From: a virus
Strand: one strand, 5' to 3'
IMG/VR virus record: IMGVR_UViG_3300005563_000033
Location: 13,353-77,352 of that record
Length of the DNA stretch: 64,000 nt
In this document: in pieces, positions 18,346-28,541 of the stretch
Layout of the letters: each line of letters begins with the position of its first letter
Position numbering within the stretch: the first letter of the stretch is position 1
Program-made: the position numbers and the translations under genes
Notes under the pieces: generated by a model
What the model was told of the DNA's origin: nothing
Database searches by the model: none
The model's input: only the letters and a program-made list of their open reading frames with translations

Positions 18346-19038
18346 ATGAGTGAATTAAAAGCTGCTGCTGGCCGTGTAATAGTCAAAGTAAAAATGGATG
18401 AAAAGGATTCATACCAGTTTGAATCCGGGCTAAAAATAGCTATCCAACGCAACACCGAAAACTTTGACCGCAAATACACCTCTATATCCCAAGGAGAGGT
18501 AATGGACTCTGAATACATACCCAAAGGAGCAACCGTTTATTTCCACCATAACGGAACCCACGAAAACAACCACATTTATAATTATAAAGCTCTTAATACC
18601 GAAGACATAGCCAATGAAATAAGATACTTCTCTATTCCAGAACAAGAATGTTTCTTATATCGCATTGGAGACGGTGAATTATTGCCATTAAAGGGATTTG
18701 CCACCGCGCTTAGGGTATTCAAGCCTTACAATGGAATACTACAAGGCATAGAACCAACTCTATTAAAGAATGTCCTGTATCTTACTTCCGGTGAAATGAA
18801 AGGACAAGTTTGTCATACCCTTAAAGCCTGCGATTATCAGCTAACAGTATTGGTAGACGGAAGAGATAGAAACATCATTCGCGTACGAGATGTAGGATTC
18901 CATGAAGAACATCGAGAGGAACTTGTGGCCATTAACCACGCTTACGCCAAGCAAGTAAAAGAAGGAAAGCTATACCTAGGACTTACTACAACCGACTGCA
19001 AACCTTTAAATGAGTTTCAAAATGCCGTTCACGGATAA
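18346..19038 (+). CDS. GroES-like-fold protein
   Basis: LKA..GRVIVK...SGL.I....GEV.....G.TVYFHH...E..LY resembles Cpn10; 230 aa suggests a tandem arrangement. Confidence 0.45.
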   Translation: MSELKAAAGRVIVKVKMDEKDSYQFESGLKIAIQRNTENFDRKYTSISQGEVMDSEYIPKGATVYFHHNGTHENNHIYNYKALNTEDIANEIRYFSIPEQECFLYRIGDGELLPLKGFATALRVFKPYNGILQGIEPTLLKNVLYLTSGEMKGQVCHTLKACDYQLTVLVDGRDRNIIRVRDVGFHEEHREELVAINHAYAKQVKEGKLYLGLTTTDCKPLNEFQNAVHG

Positions 19039-19327
19039 GTTCATAAAAGTACCTATAATTAAGTATGATACTTCGGAAGAAAACATACTAGGGAAAGACC
19101 CGCATGATTGTGAACGGTATATGACATTTAAATGCATTGATCCCCTCGAAATAGCCTCTTATGATCCTGCCATTCCTAAAGGCCTGCCATTGACAAAAGA
19201 AAATGAAGTCTGGACTTCTGTGTATATGAAATACGGGGATTCTTTTTATACGCCTATCCCTATAACCGAATTTGAACAAATACTAAACTCATTCAAACAT
19301 ATAGAACTATGGGCGACGAATCAATAG
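19010..19327 (+). CDS. hypothetical protein
   Basis: 105 aa in the operon. Confidence 0.6.
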   Translation: MSFKMPFTDKFIKVPIIKYDTSEENILGKDPHDCERYMTFKCIDPLEIASYDPAIPKGLPLTKENEVWTSVYMKYGDSFYTPIPITEFEQILNSFKHIELWATNQ

Positions 19328-19665
19328 AGGAACTAAAGAAGCAGTTAGAGGCTGAAAAAAAAAGGAATAAGGCGTTGATTGAAAAGATAGCCGGGTATGA
19401 AGGCCCAAGCAAGGCAAAGCTTTACTATGCCATTAACCGACAGGTGTCAGATATGGCTGACATGATAAACTCTAAAAGCCTTAAAAATATAGATATATCG
19501 GATGGCTCAGATAAGAGTATTGAAAAAATGAAAATAATATGGGGTGCCGTTAAATCCCTATGTGAAATTCTCCCATTACTTGCTCAGTCTGCCGGTATAA
19601 CCGGAAATGAAGAAGAGGACCTTAAAACCCCATTTATTGAAACCGTAGCCGAAACAAGAAAATAA
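19309..19665 (+). CDS. putative terminase small subunit
   Basis: helical 118-aa protein directly before the large subunit; positional call. Confidence 0.45.
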   Translation: MGDESIEELKKQLEAEKKRNKALIEKIAGYEGPSKAKLYYAINRQVSDMADMINSKSLKNIDISDGSDKSIEKMKIIWGAVKSLCEILPLLAQSAGITGNEEEDLKTPFIETVAETRK

Positions 19666-21735
19666 ATGCTGTCAGTAGACATATATGGCTCACTTTGTTA
19701 CTATCCGGATGCTCCTCCGGATTCTTTAATTGAGGGGTGGGACCTGCCAAGGGAGGAACAATATTGGAGAAGAAAAGAACTGCCAGACTATTTCGACATT
19801 ATTAACTATGATGAAGATAAAAATGCGATACTTACCCCACAACAGAAAGCATATGCATCAATAGAGGTACAACGTTGCAAAAAAGGGTATTGGTTCTTTA
19901 ATAATGGCATTCCTACTTACATAACCGGGAAAAACTATTTCTATCTTCAGTGGTGGAAATTAGAGGACGATATACACCCAGACTATAGAGATGCAGATAG
20001 GAGGTATTTTTTATTCCTTGATAAGTGGGAAAACATTCTATGGTGTATTGGCATAGGGAGAGGTAAAAAAAGACGCGAAGGCGCAAGCTCTCAGGCTACA
20101 TCCAATTTAATTTATGAATGCATATTTTACACTAATAGTAATTGCGGTCTTGTAAGTAAAACAAATATAGACAGCAGAGACACCTTTACTGACATGGTAT
20201 CTTTCGGCTACAATCAGTTGCCTGTATTCTTAAAGCCAAGGCAGTTAAATAGGGCCGACAGTGTTACTGAACTTGTGTTTGCTGCAAGAGTAGGAAAGGG
20301 AGATGTGGCCGCAAAGGGTATGCGGTCTAAGGTAAATTATCGAGCCCCTGTAGAAAATGCATACGATAGAGGCCGCGTTTCGAGAGGGCTGTGGGATGAG
20401 GGCGGAAAATGGCCATTGGATGTGAAGTTCTCTAAATTCATTTCTAAGGTTACAAAGACAATGGTGAAAGGAGCCAAGCGCGTTGGGTTCGCTGAATGTC
20501 CATCAACTGTGAACGAAATGACAAAAGGGGGCGGCGCGGAGTATAAGGTATTTTGGGATGGAGCCAATCAATTTAAAAGTGGTGGCAAGAAAACAAAAAA
20601 TAGATTTGTTACTTACTTCACTCCGGCATATGATAATTACGAAGGGTTTATTGATAAATACGGAATGTCCGTCATTGACGAACCTACAGAGGAGCAATAT
20701 CAATACCTTGTTGAAAAATGGGTAGTTAAAGACCCTAATACCGGAGAAACGGTTTCCGAAATATCGGAAGAAGATATTAGGCTAGGCGCAAGGAAGTATA
20801 TTTATAGTAGGCGCGAAGGGTTAACGGGAGAGTTATTAGAAGAGGAGATAAGGCAAAACCCATGCACTGTACAGGAGATGTTTGAGGCTGCCAATACAGA
20901 TTGCGCCTTTAATTCCTATAATATCAATAAACGCAGAAAAGAACTTGAAGAAAAGCCTATATACAAAAGGAAGGTTCTGTTTTATAGAACGCTTGATCAA
21001 AAAGTAACCTTCCGGGATGTAGATGAAAAGAAAGACCCATTTTATTGGAGGATAACAGCCTTCCCGCCCCCGGGCCAAGAAAATATCTATAAAACAAATG
21101 CGGGAGTAAGAGAGCCAGGACGTACGCATGATGGAGTTATTGCCGTGGATAGCTATTCTAATAGTCAGGGAGGGCGTAAATATGGCTCCAAAGCGTCTGC
21201 TTGGATAGGCAGAAGATTTGATATATTAGACCCAGAAAACACAGGGAAGCCAATAGGCCATCTTTACGGACGACCAGCAGACAAGGCTATACTTCACGAC
21301 CAGTGTCTCTTAGCGGCAGAATACTTTGGTTTTAAAGTTTTTTATGAACACACGGCAGATGATTACCTGTCCCACTATCGGGATAGGGGCAAATCCGGGT
21401 ATTTAGGGACATACCCCATGAGTTTAATTGATCCGAATAAGCGGCATAATGCAGATCGTTTCAAGGGTGTACCTATAACACCATTCAGCCTTACTAAGCA
21501 ACTAGACAATGGGATTGCCTATTTCAACGACCATTGTGATTTGATAGATTTTGAGGAACTACTTGAAAATGCGCTCATTTTTGATCCTTACGATAGGACG
21601 GCCTATGACTGCGTGGTAGCATTTCTGATTCTTGTATCTTGCCTGATGGAGCCTATAAATAAGCCAAGGAAACAAACCGAACCCTTGGTAACAGTCTACG
21701 AAAATCCCCTTTATGGTAGAAATTCAATGAATTAA
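19666..21735 (+). CDS. terminase large subunit
   Basis: YITG..YFYLQW, KKRREGAS Walker A variant, WDEGGKW Walker B, AVDSY nuclease motif. Confidence 0.92.
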   Translation: MLSVDIYGSLCYYPDAPPDSLIEGWDLPREEQYWRRKELPDYFDIINYDEDKNAILTPQQKAYASIEVQRCKKGYWFFNNGIPTYITGKNYFYLQWWKLEDDIHPDYRDADRRYFLFLDKWENILWCIGIGRGKKRREGASSQATSNLIYECIFYTNSNCGLVSKTNIDSRDTFTDMVSFGYNQLPVFLKPRQLNRADSVTELVFAARVGKGDVAAKGMRSKVNYRAPVENAYDRGRVSRGLWDEGGKWPLDVKFSKFISKVTKTMVKGAKRVGFAECPSTVNEMTKGGGAEYKVFWDGANQFKSGGKKTKNRFVTYFTPAYDNYEGFIDKYGMSVIDEPTEEQYQYLVEKWVVKDPNTGETVSEISEEDIRLGARKYIYSRREGLTGELLEEEIRQNPCTVQEMFEAANTDCAFNSYNINKRRKELEEKPIYKRKVLFYRTLDQKVTFRDVDEKKDPFYWRITAFPPPGQENIYKTNAGVREPGRTHDGVIAVDSYSNSQGGRKYGSKASAWIGRRFDILDPENTGKPIGHLYGRPADKAILHDQCLLAAEYFGFKVFYEHTADDYLSHYRDRGKSGYLGTYPMSLIDPNKRHNADRFKGVPITPFSLTKQLDNGIAYFNDHCDLIDFEELLENALIFDPYDRTAYDCVVAFLILVSCLMEPINKPRKQTEPLVTVYENPLYGRNSMN

Positions 21736-21758
21736 TTAGGATTTTCAAAAAAATGTTA

Positions 21759-21766
21759 TATTTGAA
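21759..21766 (+). promoter_or_regulatory. Bacteroidota -7 promoter element before portal
   Basis: TATATTTG matches TAnnTTTG in the intergenic gap. Confidence 0.45.
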
Positions 21767-21784
21767 CTAACTAACTCTTTTTCA

Positions 21785-24214
21785 TTGTATCCCGAAAATA
21801 GATCAGGGGACCCCGGCCCGCAGTCCGGTAATGTACTCAAAAACTTCCAGTTAACAACGGATAGTAAGAGTAAACTAGATTTCTCCTACGGGAAAAGTAT
21901 AGCGGAATACATAGTCTCTACAATGGCTGGAACCAATAGCTATTACTGGTTACGGAACAATCGATATAAGCTCAATAGGAACGCAGCAGCCGGGAAAATA
22001 GATATGTCAAAATTCCAAGATCGCTTGGAAATGAACGGGAAGGACAACTTTGCAAATTTAAATTGGCAAAGTATCAAGGTGGTCAATACGATCATAGCTC
22101 GTTTAGTAGCTCGTGGGATGAATAGCACTGAAAAGATTGTTGTAACCGCCGTAGATTCCCTTTCCCAAAAAGATAAGCAAGAAGAATATCAAGCCGCCGA
22201 ATTTTACATGCGTCATCAACAGATGATCCGACAATTAGAACAAGCATCCGGCCAACAAATCATTCCTACTGGCCAATACATTCCAGAAGATCAAAATGAG
22301 CTAGACCTTTGGGCGGCTGAATATTTGGAACTTCCAGAAGAAATATTGTACGAAAAAACGGTCAATGATATATTAGCGGCGAATGGCTTTTTTGATGTGA
22401 TAAAGGAAATGCAATTGCATGACAGTGATGAGGTTGGATTTGTTGGTACATACACTTGGATGGATGAGTCTGGGGTTATTCACGTAGACCGAGTGAAGCC
22501 AGAAAATGCCATCTATTCGTATTCAGAATTTAATGATTTCAGGGATACAGCTTGGCGTGGTCGAGCTTTCGATATGAAAATCAGTGAGTTTAGACGTAGA
22601 TATGGTAAAGAATTTGGTGGCAAATTGACGGAGGAAGAGATTTGGCAATACGCTATGACTTCCAAAGAATACCAGCTTGATGATAAAATACGCTGGCTCT
22701 TACAATGGAATACAATGATGTTACGACCTTATGACGAATGGAATATAGGTATGATCCATTTTGAATTAAGGAGCTTGGACAAAGACGATTACACTATCAC
22801 CGAAACCCTTCAAAATAAAAGAACCTTTGTTGATCGGGGCGTCCCTACTAATCTGAAACCCAATCAGGAATATGTAGCAGATGAATATTGGAATATCTAT
22901 GAAGGGATGTTTGCCCGCGATAAGTGCGAAATGCTGGAATGGGGATTGAAGAAAAACATGATTCGCCCCCAAGACCCGAAAGAAATAGGTAACGCTGAAT
23001 TCTCTTATAGCTTCTATATGCATCAAAATTACCAGATGCGTAATGTAGCTATCCCGGAAAAGATAGAGGAGCCGGTGGATCAAATGATATTGGCTCTTCT
23101 GAGGATTCAACAGTGTATTGCCACTATGCGGCCGCCCGGATCAGCCATAAACGTAAGGGCATTAAGAGAGGTGGATTTGGGATTAGCAGACGGCACAAAA
23201 CCTTTTGATGTAAAAAAAGTTTTTGACCAAAAAGGAGACTTGTATTATACGGACATGGATGCGGAAGGGAATATGATTCCCGGCTCTCCCGTAACGGCTG
23301 CCCCAGACGACGGCTTTATGAACAAACTACAAGCCCTGATTGCCGATTATCAATTCCATCAGGCTGTTTTGCGAGATGAACTAGGAGAAGACCCCAATCT
23401 TATTTCCCAAGCAGCCAAACCCCGCGTTACCACAGAGAACATAAATACTGCCCAAAATCAAAGCCTCTTAGCTACCGATTACTTTTATGACTCTTGGTTA
23501 AATTGCATGAAAGATACAGCCAAGAAAGTATGCTGTTTGATTCATGACTCTGTTTATTACGGAGCATCAGTCTATAGGCATCTTTTAGGGGAGCAAGATG
23601 TAGAAGGGCGTGTGTTTACTTCTGACATACAAATGTTACCTACGGAGCAAGAGCAAGCTAACTTACAGGCCATGATGAATGAGATTATCCAAAGTAACCC
23701 TGAATTTTTGGTATACTGCGACACATTTAAGGTCATGCGGATGGCTAAGGAGGATTACAAACTTGCAGAGAAGTATTTGCGTCAATGTCAGAAAAAAATG
23801 ATTCAAGGCCAAAAAGAACAAGCCGCGCAGAATACACAGTTGGCCGCACAACAACAACAGGCAAGCAACCAACAGGCCGCTGAAAATGAAATGCAGATGG
23901 AGAAAATGAAGGCGGATTTAGAATCTCGAAAGAATGAGGAGTTAAGTAGGGCCAAAAAAGAAGAGCTATTTATTAACGGAATATTCTCTGTTTGGACAAA
24001 AGGGGGAACGCTACCACCCGAATTACAGGGGGTGGCTCAGGAGCTAATCCAAAATGTAGGATTACCTTTATTTGCTCAAAATACAAAAAATAATGTAGCT
24101 TTAGCACAAGGAATGCAGGCCATGCAACAATCGGACCAGGGACAACAGGCCCCATCTGAAGATCAGCAAGAACCTGCCGAAACCGATCAATCACCACAAA
24201 CTATGCAACAATGA
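21785..24214 (+). CDS. portal protein
   Basis: 809 aa after terminase; helical with Gln-rich C-terminal barrel, as in Bacteroidota podoviruses. Confidence 0.85.
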   Translation: MYPENRSGDPGPQSGNVLKNFQLTTDSKSKLDFSYGKSIAEYIVSTMAGTNSYYWLRNNRYKLNRNAAAGKIDMSKFQDRLEMNGKDNFANLNWQSIKVVNTIIARLVARGMNSTEKIVVTAVDSLSQKDKQEEYQAAEFYMRHQQMIRQLEQASGQQIIPTGQYIPEDQNELDLWAAEYLELPEEILYEKTVNDILAANGFFDVIKEMQLHDSDEVGFVGTYTWMDESGVIHVDRVKPENAIYSYSEFNDFRDTAWRGRAFDMKISEFRRRYGKEFGGKLTEEEIWQYAMTSKEYQLDDKIRWLLQWNTMMLRPYDEWNIGMIHFELRSLDKDDYTITETLQNKRTFVDRGVPTNLKPNQEYVADEYWNIYEGMFARDKCEMLEWGLKKNMIRPQDPKEIGNAEFSYSFYMHQNYQMRNVAIPEKIEEPVDQMILALLRIQQCIATMRPPGSAINVRALREVDLGLADGTKPFDVKKVFDQKGDLYYTDMDAEGNMIPGSPVTAAPDDGFMNKLQALIADYQFHQAVLRDELGEDPNLISQAAKPRVTTENINTAQNQSLLATDYFYDSWLNCMKDTAKKVCCLIHDSVYYGASVYRHLLGEQDVEGRVFTSDIQMLPTEQEQANLQAMMNEIIQSNPEFLVYCDTFKVMRMAKEDYKLAEKYLRQCQKKMIQGQKEQAAQNTQLAAQQQQASNQQAAENEMQMEKMKADLESRKNEELSRAKKEELFINGIFSVWTKGGTLPPELQGVAQELIQNVGLPLFAQNTKNNVALAQGMQAMQQSDQGQQAPSEDQQEPAETDQSPQTMQQ

Positions 24215-24486
24215 GTGTAGTAGTAACCAACCAAGTTTCATCTCCTGCGAATGCCGGTCAATGCGCATTGGTAACACTTAATTCAGCAGATGCTTTGGCA
24301 CAACTGCCTACATTGACAAATGGGACAAAGGCCACTTGTGGCTCAAGCTCAAAAGTTGGGTATGTAACTAATGTGGACGCATTGGGTAATACCTTTGAGG
24401 TAAGACCGGTTACACAACAGGCTAGATTTGATAGTTCAAGCACTCCGTACATACTAAATGCTACAGAGTCAATAACTTTAGGGTAA
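24211..24486 (+). CDS. small virion protein resembling the capsid insertion domain
   Basis: visual alignment to capsid residues ~77-170 (see findings). Confidence 0.55.
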   Translation: MSVVVTNQVSSPANAGQCALVTLNSADALAQLPTLTNGTKATCGSSSKVGYVTNVDALGNTFEVRPVTQQARFDSSSTPYILNATESITLG

Positions 24487-24502
24487 CGAATAAAATATTT
24501 TT

Positions 24503-24856
24503 ATGGCTACATCCTCAGTACTTGATATATCGGCTGAATTTAATTCAGTAGGGCATAAGAATATAGATATGTCCGGGTGGGATTCGGTTACTATTCAATT
24601 AGTGACACCCACGGGAACTATCACATTTAATGGAACAAATGACGATGGAAGCGTAACGGGGAGCGTTCAGGGAAATGCAAATTCTGCTATTAACTGGACA
24701 GCTATTCAGGCAACCAACTTAAATACCGGTGCGGCGGCCACTACCGGCGCAGCGTCTGGGCTATGGAGGGTATCTGCGTTTCCCAGGTTCTTGCAATTAA
24801 CCGGCAGTTCAGTTACGGCTGCTAAAATATTATTGTTCTTTAGTAAGATTTGTTAA
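24503..24856 (+). CDS. small beta-rich virion protein
   Basis: G/T/S/A-rich beta pattern (TIQLV..TGTITFNGTND...W..). Confidence 0.55.
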   Translation: MATSSVLDISAEFNSVGHKNIDMSGWDSVTIQLVTPTGTITFNGTNDDGSVTGSVQGNANSAINWTAIQATNLNTGAAATTGAASGLWRVSAFPRFLQLTGSSVTAAKILLFFSKIC

Positions 24857-24973
24857 AATATTTCCACGTGGAACGTTCTGTGGAACAGAAAGGCCCGCTG
24901 TAGAAACAGAAGGCCTATAAAAAATTGGTTAGTATCAGGACACAAGGTAGTGATTTTTAATCAACTATAATAT

Positions 24974-26134
24974 ATGCCTGATACGTTAGTTTCTCCGGGA
25001 GCCGCTCCCATTGATTTAGGGTTTGTAAATCCCTTTGATACTACGCTTGTAAAAGAGCCTGTAGTAACCCCTCCCGCACCTGCTGCCACCACGGAACCCG
25101 TGGTAACGCCGCCAACTCCTGAAGTAAAAGAACCGCCCGCGCCAGCCACTCCCCCCAAAGAGGAAGATGATATTTTTGACGAAGTGCAATATGTAAAAAA
25201 TACCTTCGGGTGGGATAACGTAGAAGCCGGGAAAGCCGAATTGGAACGCCTTCGCGCCTTGGAAAAGCAGCCTTTTAAGTTCCCCAATGCTGATAGCGAA
25301 GCGGCCTTTAATTATCTGAAAGAAGATAAGCTACCGGAATTGCACAGTCTATTAGACAAAAAGATAAAACTCAGTAAGGCCGATACGCTGGATGCAAAAA
25401 ACGCTATTGCCCTTCACTTGCAAGTAACAAATCCGCACTTTACCCAACAGGACATAGACGACGTATTGGAAGAAAGATACCCGGCTCCCGCACAGCCCAA
25501 AAAGGGAGCCGACGAAGAAGATGCCGAATTTGAGGCCCGGCAAAACGAATACAAGGCCGCTATGGAAAAGATTAACCGGCGCATTAACCGGGACTCCTTG
25601 GCAGCTAAAGAAGACCTCAAAAAACTACATAGCGAACTCGTTCTCCCAGATATAAACAGAGTAGACCCAAAACTGGCTCAGGAAGCTGCCCAAAAGGAAT
25701 TGGAAGCCACTCAGGCCAGGGAAAGGTTTCTGCAAACATTAGATCGCGATTTCAAAAACGTTGAAGGGTTTAAGGCAACGTACAAAGACAAGGAAGTCGA
25801 AATACCGTTGTCCTACGACATTACCGACGAAGAAAAAGCGGCCTATAAAGAAAAGATCAAAACGCTCGATCTACGGGAGTATTTCGGACCGCGATGGTTC
25901 AATGAAGACGGCACTCCAAAAGTTAATAGGATCATTCGTGACCTATACCGATTGGAGAATGAAGAAAAGGTTGATCAAAAACTTGTTAACGATGCCGGTT
26001 CCAAAAGAATGGAACAGTATTTAAAACAACGTAAGCAAATCAGTCTTGACGGTAAAAAGCCGGAAGGAACCTTTGCGCCGGATATTACCAAAGAACAAGA
26101 GCAGCGTTTAGGAGAATGGGCATTTGCGAAATAA
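24974..26134 (+). CDS. capsid scaffolding protein
   Basis: Pro-rich acidic N-terminus, coiled coil, directly before the capsid gene. Confidence 0.7.
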   Translation: MPDTLVSPGAAPIDLGFVNPFDTTLVKEPVVTPPAPAATTEPVVTPPTPEVKEPPAPATPPKEEDDIFDEVQYVKNTFGWDNVEAGKAELERLRALEKQPFKFPNADSEAAFNYLKEDKLPELHSLLDKKIKLSKADTLDAKNAIALHLQVTNPHFTQQDIDDVLEERYPAPAQPKKGADEEDAEFEARQNEYKAAMEKINRRINRDSLAAKEDLKKLHSELVLPDINRVDPKLAQEAAQKELEATQARERFLQTLDRDFKNVEGFKATYKDKEVEIPLSYDITDEEKAAYKEKIKTLDLREYFGPRWFNEDGTPKVNRIIRDLYRLENEEKVDQKLVNDAGSKRMEQYLKQRKQISLDGKKPEGTFAPDITKEQEQRLGEWAFAK

Positions 26135-26164
26135 CAATTTTACTAACATCTAATTCTAAATAAG

Positions 26165-27577
26165 ATGCCAGCAGGAATTCCTACGTCAAATATATTACAG
26201 CCGGGTGCGATTAGTCAGCAGACCCAGCTACGCCAGCTTATGGTGGACCTTCAAATTCTCAAGCCTCAGTGGTATAAAAACTACGTAGAAAAGTACGGCA
26301 ACGAAGATTTTACGTGGTGGTTAGCTACCTATGCCGGAATGGAAGAGGTTAAAAACCAGCAGTATTTTTGGTTTGAAAACCGTGGTAAGCTCATGGTAGC
26401 TATCACGAACCTGAATGCAGTAAATGCTCCCGCAGCAGGGGCTACCGTTACGGTAACCTTGCCGGTAGGTGACCACTTCGATGCCGGTACATTAAGCCCG
26501 TTGCGTGTTGGTGAAACTGTTCGTATTGCATCTAACCACGTAGAAGGTAAGATACTTACGATCAACGAAACTACGCCTAATGCGCACTTCTGTACCATTC
26601 GTCCGCTTCAGTCTACCCAGGCATTTGCCAGCCCGTCCGGTAACCTGGATGCGAACGAAATTCTCATCTTTGGTGGCGATACGGAAGCCGGTGAACAATC
26701 GACCCAGATTAACCCGCTCATTCACTTGGACAAGCAGTATTTAAACACTATCACTGAAATACGTGATGGATGGAGCAATACAGACCTTGCTCAGATGGCA
26801 GAAACCTACTACGAGTTTCCGGTTAGCGGGGATTTGGCACAGAATGGTGTAACCGCCTTCACCTATAAGGGCATGTTTAAGACGCTCACGCGCTTCAAGA
26901 ACAACGTAGAAGCAAAGCTCATGTTTGGTGATGTACAGACCAATACGGGCCTTAATACGTCCGTAGGCGCTCAGGGCTTACTTCCTAAGCTGTTTGCCGA
27001 TGCCGAAACATTGACCTACACGCCTCCTACGATTGACTTTGCCAAGATGCATGAACTTACCCGTATCATGGACGTAAACGGATGCGATAAGCAGTGTGCT
27101 TGGTTGATGGATATTTTCCAGTCTCAGCAATTCAGTGATGGCATTTTCAACGAACTGCCAGCCGGTGCATTTGTATGGGGCCAAGGGGAAAAATCCGAAG
27201 AGGCAAGCATGGCTTACGGGTTCAAGCAGCTCTACATCGACGGATATATGTTCATGAAAAAGAAGTACGTCAACTTCAATACAGAGGTCATGACCGGTAA
27301 GACCCCCAACACGGACCTTACTCGCAACTTCGGCATTATCTATCCGATGGGAGAAACAAAAGACGCCCGTTCTGCCGCGCCGATGAAGAACTTGACCGTG
27401 ATGTATCAACAGCCTCCTGTAGGCGGTACAATCGGTAACGCGATTCGTCTATGGCAGTACGGTGGTGGTTCTCCGAACCCCACGGACGGAACAATGACTA
27501 ATCAATTGGCTATGATCACCTACCGTTCGCTCCGGTGTGTATCTGCTAACAAGTTCGTCGTTGTAGAATCCAACTAG
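26165..27577 (+). CDS. major capsid protein (HK97 fold)
   Basis: 470 aa, position after scaffold, followed by a strong terminator. Confidence 0.88.
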   Translation: MPAGIPTSNILQPGAISQQTQLRQLMVDLQILKPQWYKNYVEKYGNEDFTWWLATYAGMEEVKNQQYFWFENRGKLMVAITNLNAVNAPAAGATVTVTLPVGDHFDAGTLSPLRVGETVRIASNHVEGKILTINETTPNAHFCTIRPLQSTQAFASPSGNLDANEILIFGGDTEAGEQSTQINPLIHLDKQYLNTITEIRDGWSNTDLAQMAETYYEFPVSGDLAQNGVTAFTYKGMFKTLTRFKNNVEAKLMFGDVQTNTGLNTSVGAQGLLPKLFADAETLTYTPPTIDFAKMHELTRIMDVNGCDKQCAWLMDIFQSQQFSDGIFNELPAGAFVWGQGEKSEEASMAYGFKQLYIDGYMFMKKKYVNFNTEVMTGKTPNTDLTRNFGIIYPMGETKDARSAAPMKNLTVMYQQPPVGGTIGNAIRLWQYGGGSPNPTDGTMTNQLAMITYRSLRCVSANKFVVVESN

Positions 27578-27587
27578 TATTTATCAG

Positions 27588-27625
27588 GTGTGGCGGGGTA
27601 ATGCCTGCCACACTTTCATTTTTTT
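27588..27625 (+). terminator. intrinsic terminator after capsid gene
   Basis: GTGTGGCGGG..CCTGCCACAC stem plus T tract. Confidence 0.75.
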
Positions 27626-27638
27626 AAACAATTTTAAT

Positions 27639-28541
27639 ATGGCAACAACGCTCAGAAATACGCAATCTGCATTGGCAGATCGTACTCCGGAAGGCCCGGC
27701 TATTGAATCAGAGCAACTTGCCTCTACAATGGCAGTCGCACAGGCGGCAGCACAAGCGGGGGTAGCTCAGACGCACAAAGTTTTTAAACTAGTCAATACC
27801 AAAAGAAATGGCCGTGTCCATATCTCAGGTATTGATGATGTGCCGGACCCCGTAACCAAGAAATTAACCCGTATCCGACTTTTGCAAGGGTTTGACAGTA
27901 TTTGGGTAAAAGATCAAAAAGACTTACCAGAAGATTTCGTAAAAATGAATCAACGAAGTCTAACTTTCGAAAGCAAGATTTTACGTATTCCTATATGGGA
28001 TACGCAGGCATTGGAATTTATTTCCTTGTGTCGCTCCAATGTAAAAAGCCCCAATAAGACCAAGGCGGCCAAACACCAGTTTTTCGAATGGGAACCGGAA
28101 GAAATGCAGAAAGAGCAGCTTAAAAAACGCAAAGCTAAATTGGATGCTATCAAAATGGCGCTCAATGAAACCGACATGGATAAGGTACGTAAGCATTGCA
28201 GTTTCTTAGGCATCCCCATGATTGACCAATTAGGATTTCCGCTTACAGATAGCGGATTGTCGGACGCCTATGCATTATATGCTGAACAGAACCCGGATAG
28301 GTTTACAGAAACCATTACATCTCCCCTTATCAATGTCTCCTGGCTCGTTAAAAAAGCCATTATAGACGCTAAAATTGATTTAGGAAAGCAACCCAATACT
28401 GCTTGTTGGTCTAATGGAGGCGGTTTTATCTGTAAAATCCCCGATCCTGCAAAGGCAACCGAATACCTTATAGAACTAGCCATGTTACATACGGATGAGG
28501 GGAAACAATTTTTAATGCAACTACAAGAAAACGTACGATAA
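27639..28541 (+). CDS. conserved post-capsid morphogenesis protein
   Basis: likely start ATG 27639 after the terminator; position as in crAss-like gene blocks. Confidence 0.6.
   Translation: MATTLRNTQSALADRTPEGPAIESEQLASTMAVAQAAAQAGVAQTHKVFKLVNTKRNGRVHISGIDDVPDPVTKKLTRIRLLQGFDSIWVKDQKDLPEDFVKMNQRSLTFESKILRIPIWDTQALEFISLCRSNVKSPNKTKAAKHQFFEWEPEEMQKEQLKKRKAKLDAIKMALNETDMDKVRKHCSFLGIPMIDQLGFPLTDSGLSDAYALYAEQNPDRFTETITSPLINVSWLVKKAIIDAKIDLGKQPNTACWSNGGGFICKIPDPAKATEYLIELAMLHTDEGKQFLMQLQENVR

Noticed and set aside
27588-27638. GTG start given by the ORF track for the post-capsid gene
   Set aside because: It lies in the terminator hairpin; ATG 27639 is more plausible.
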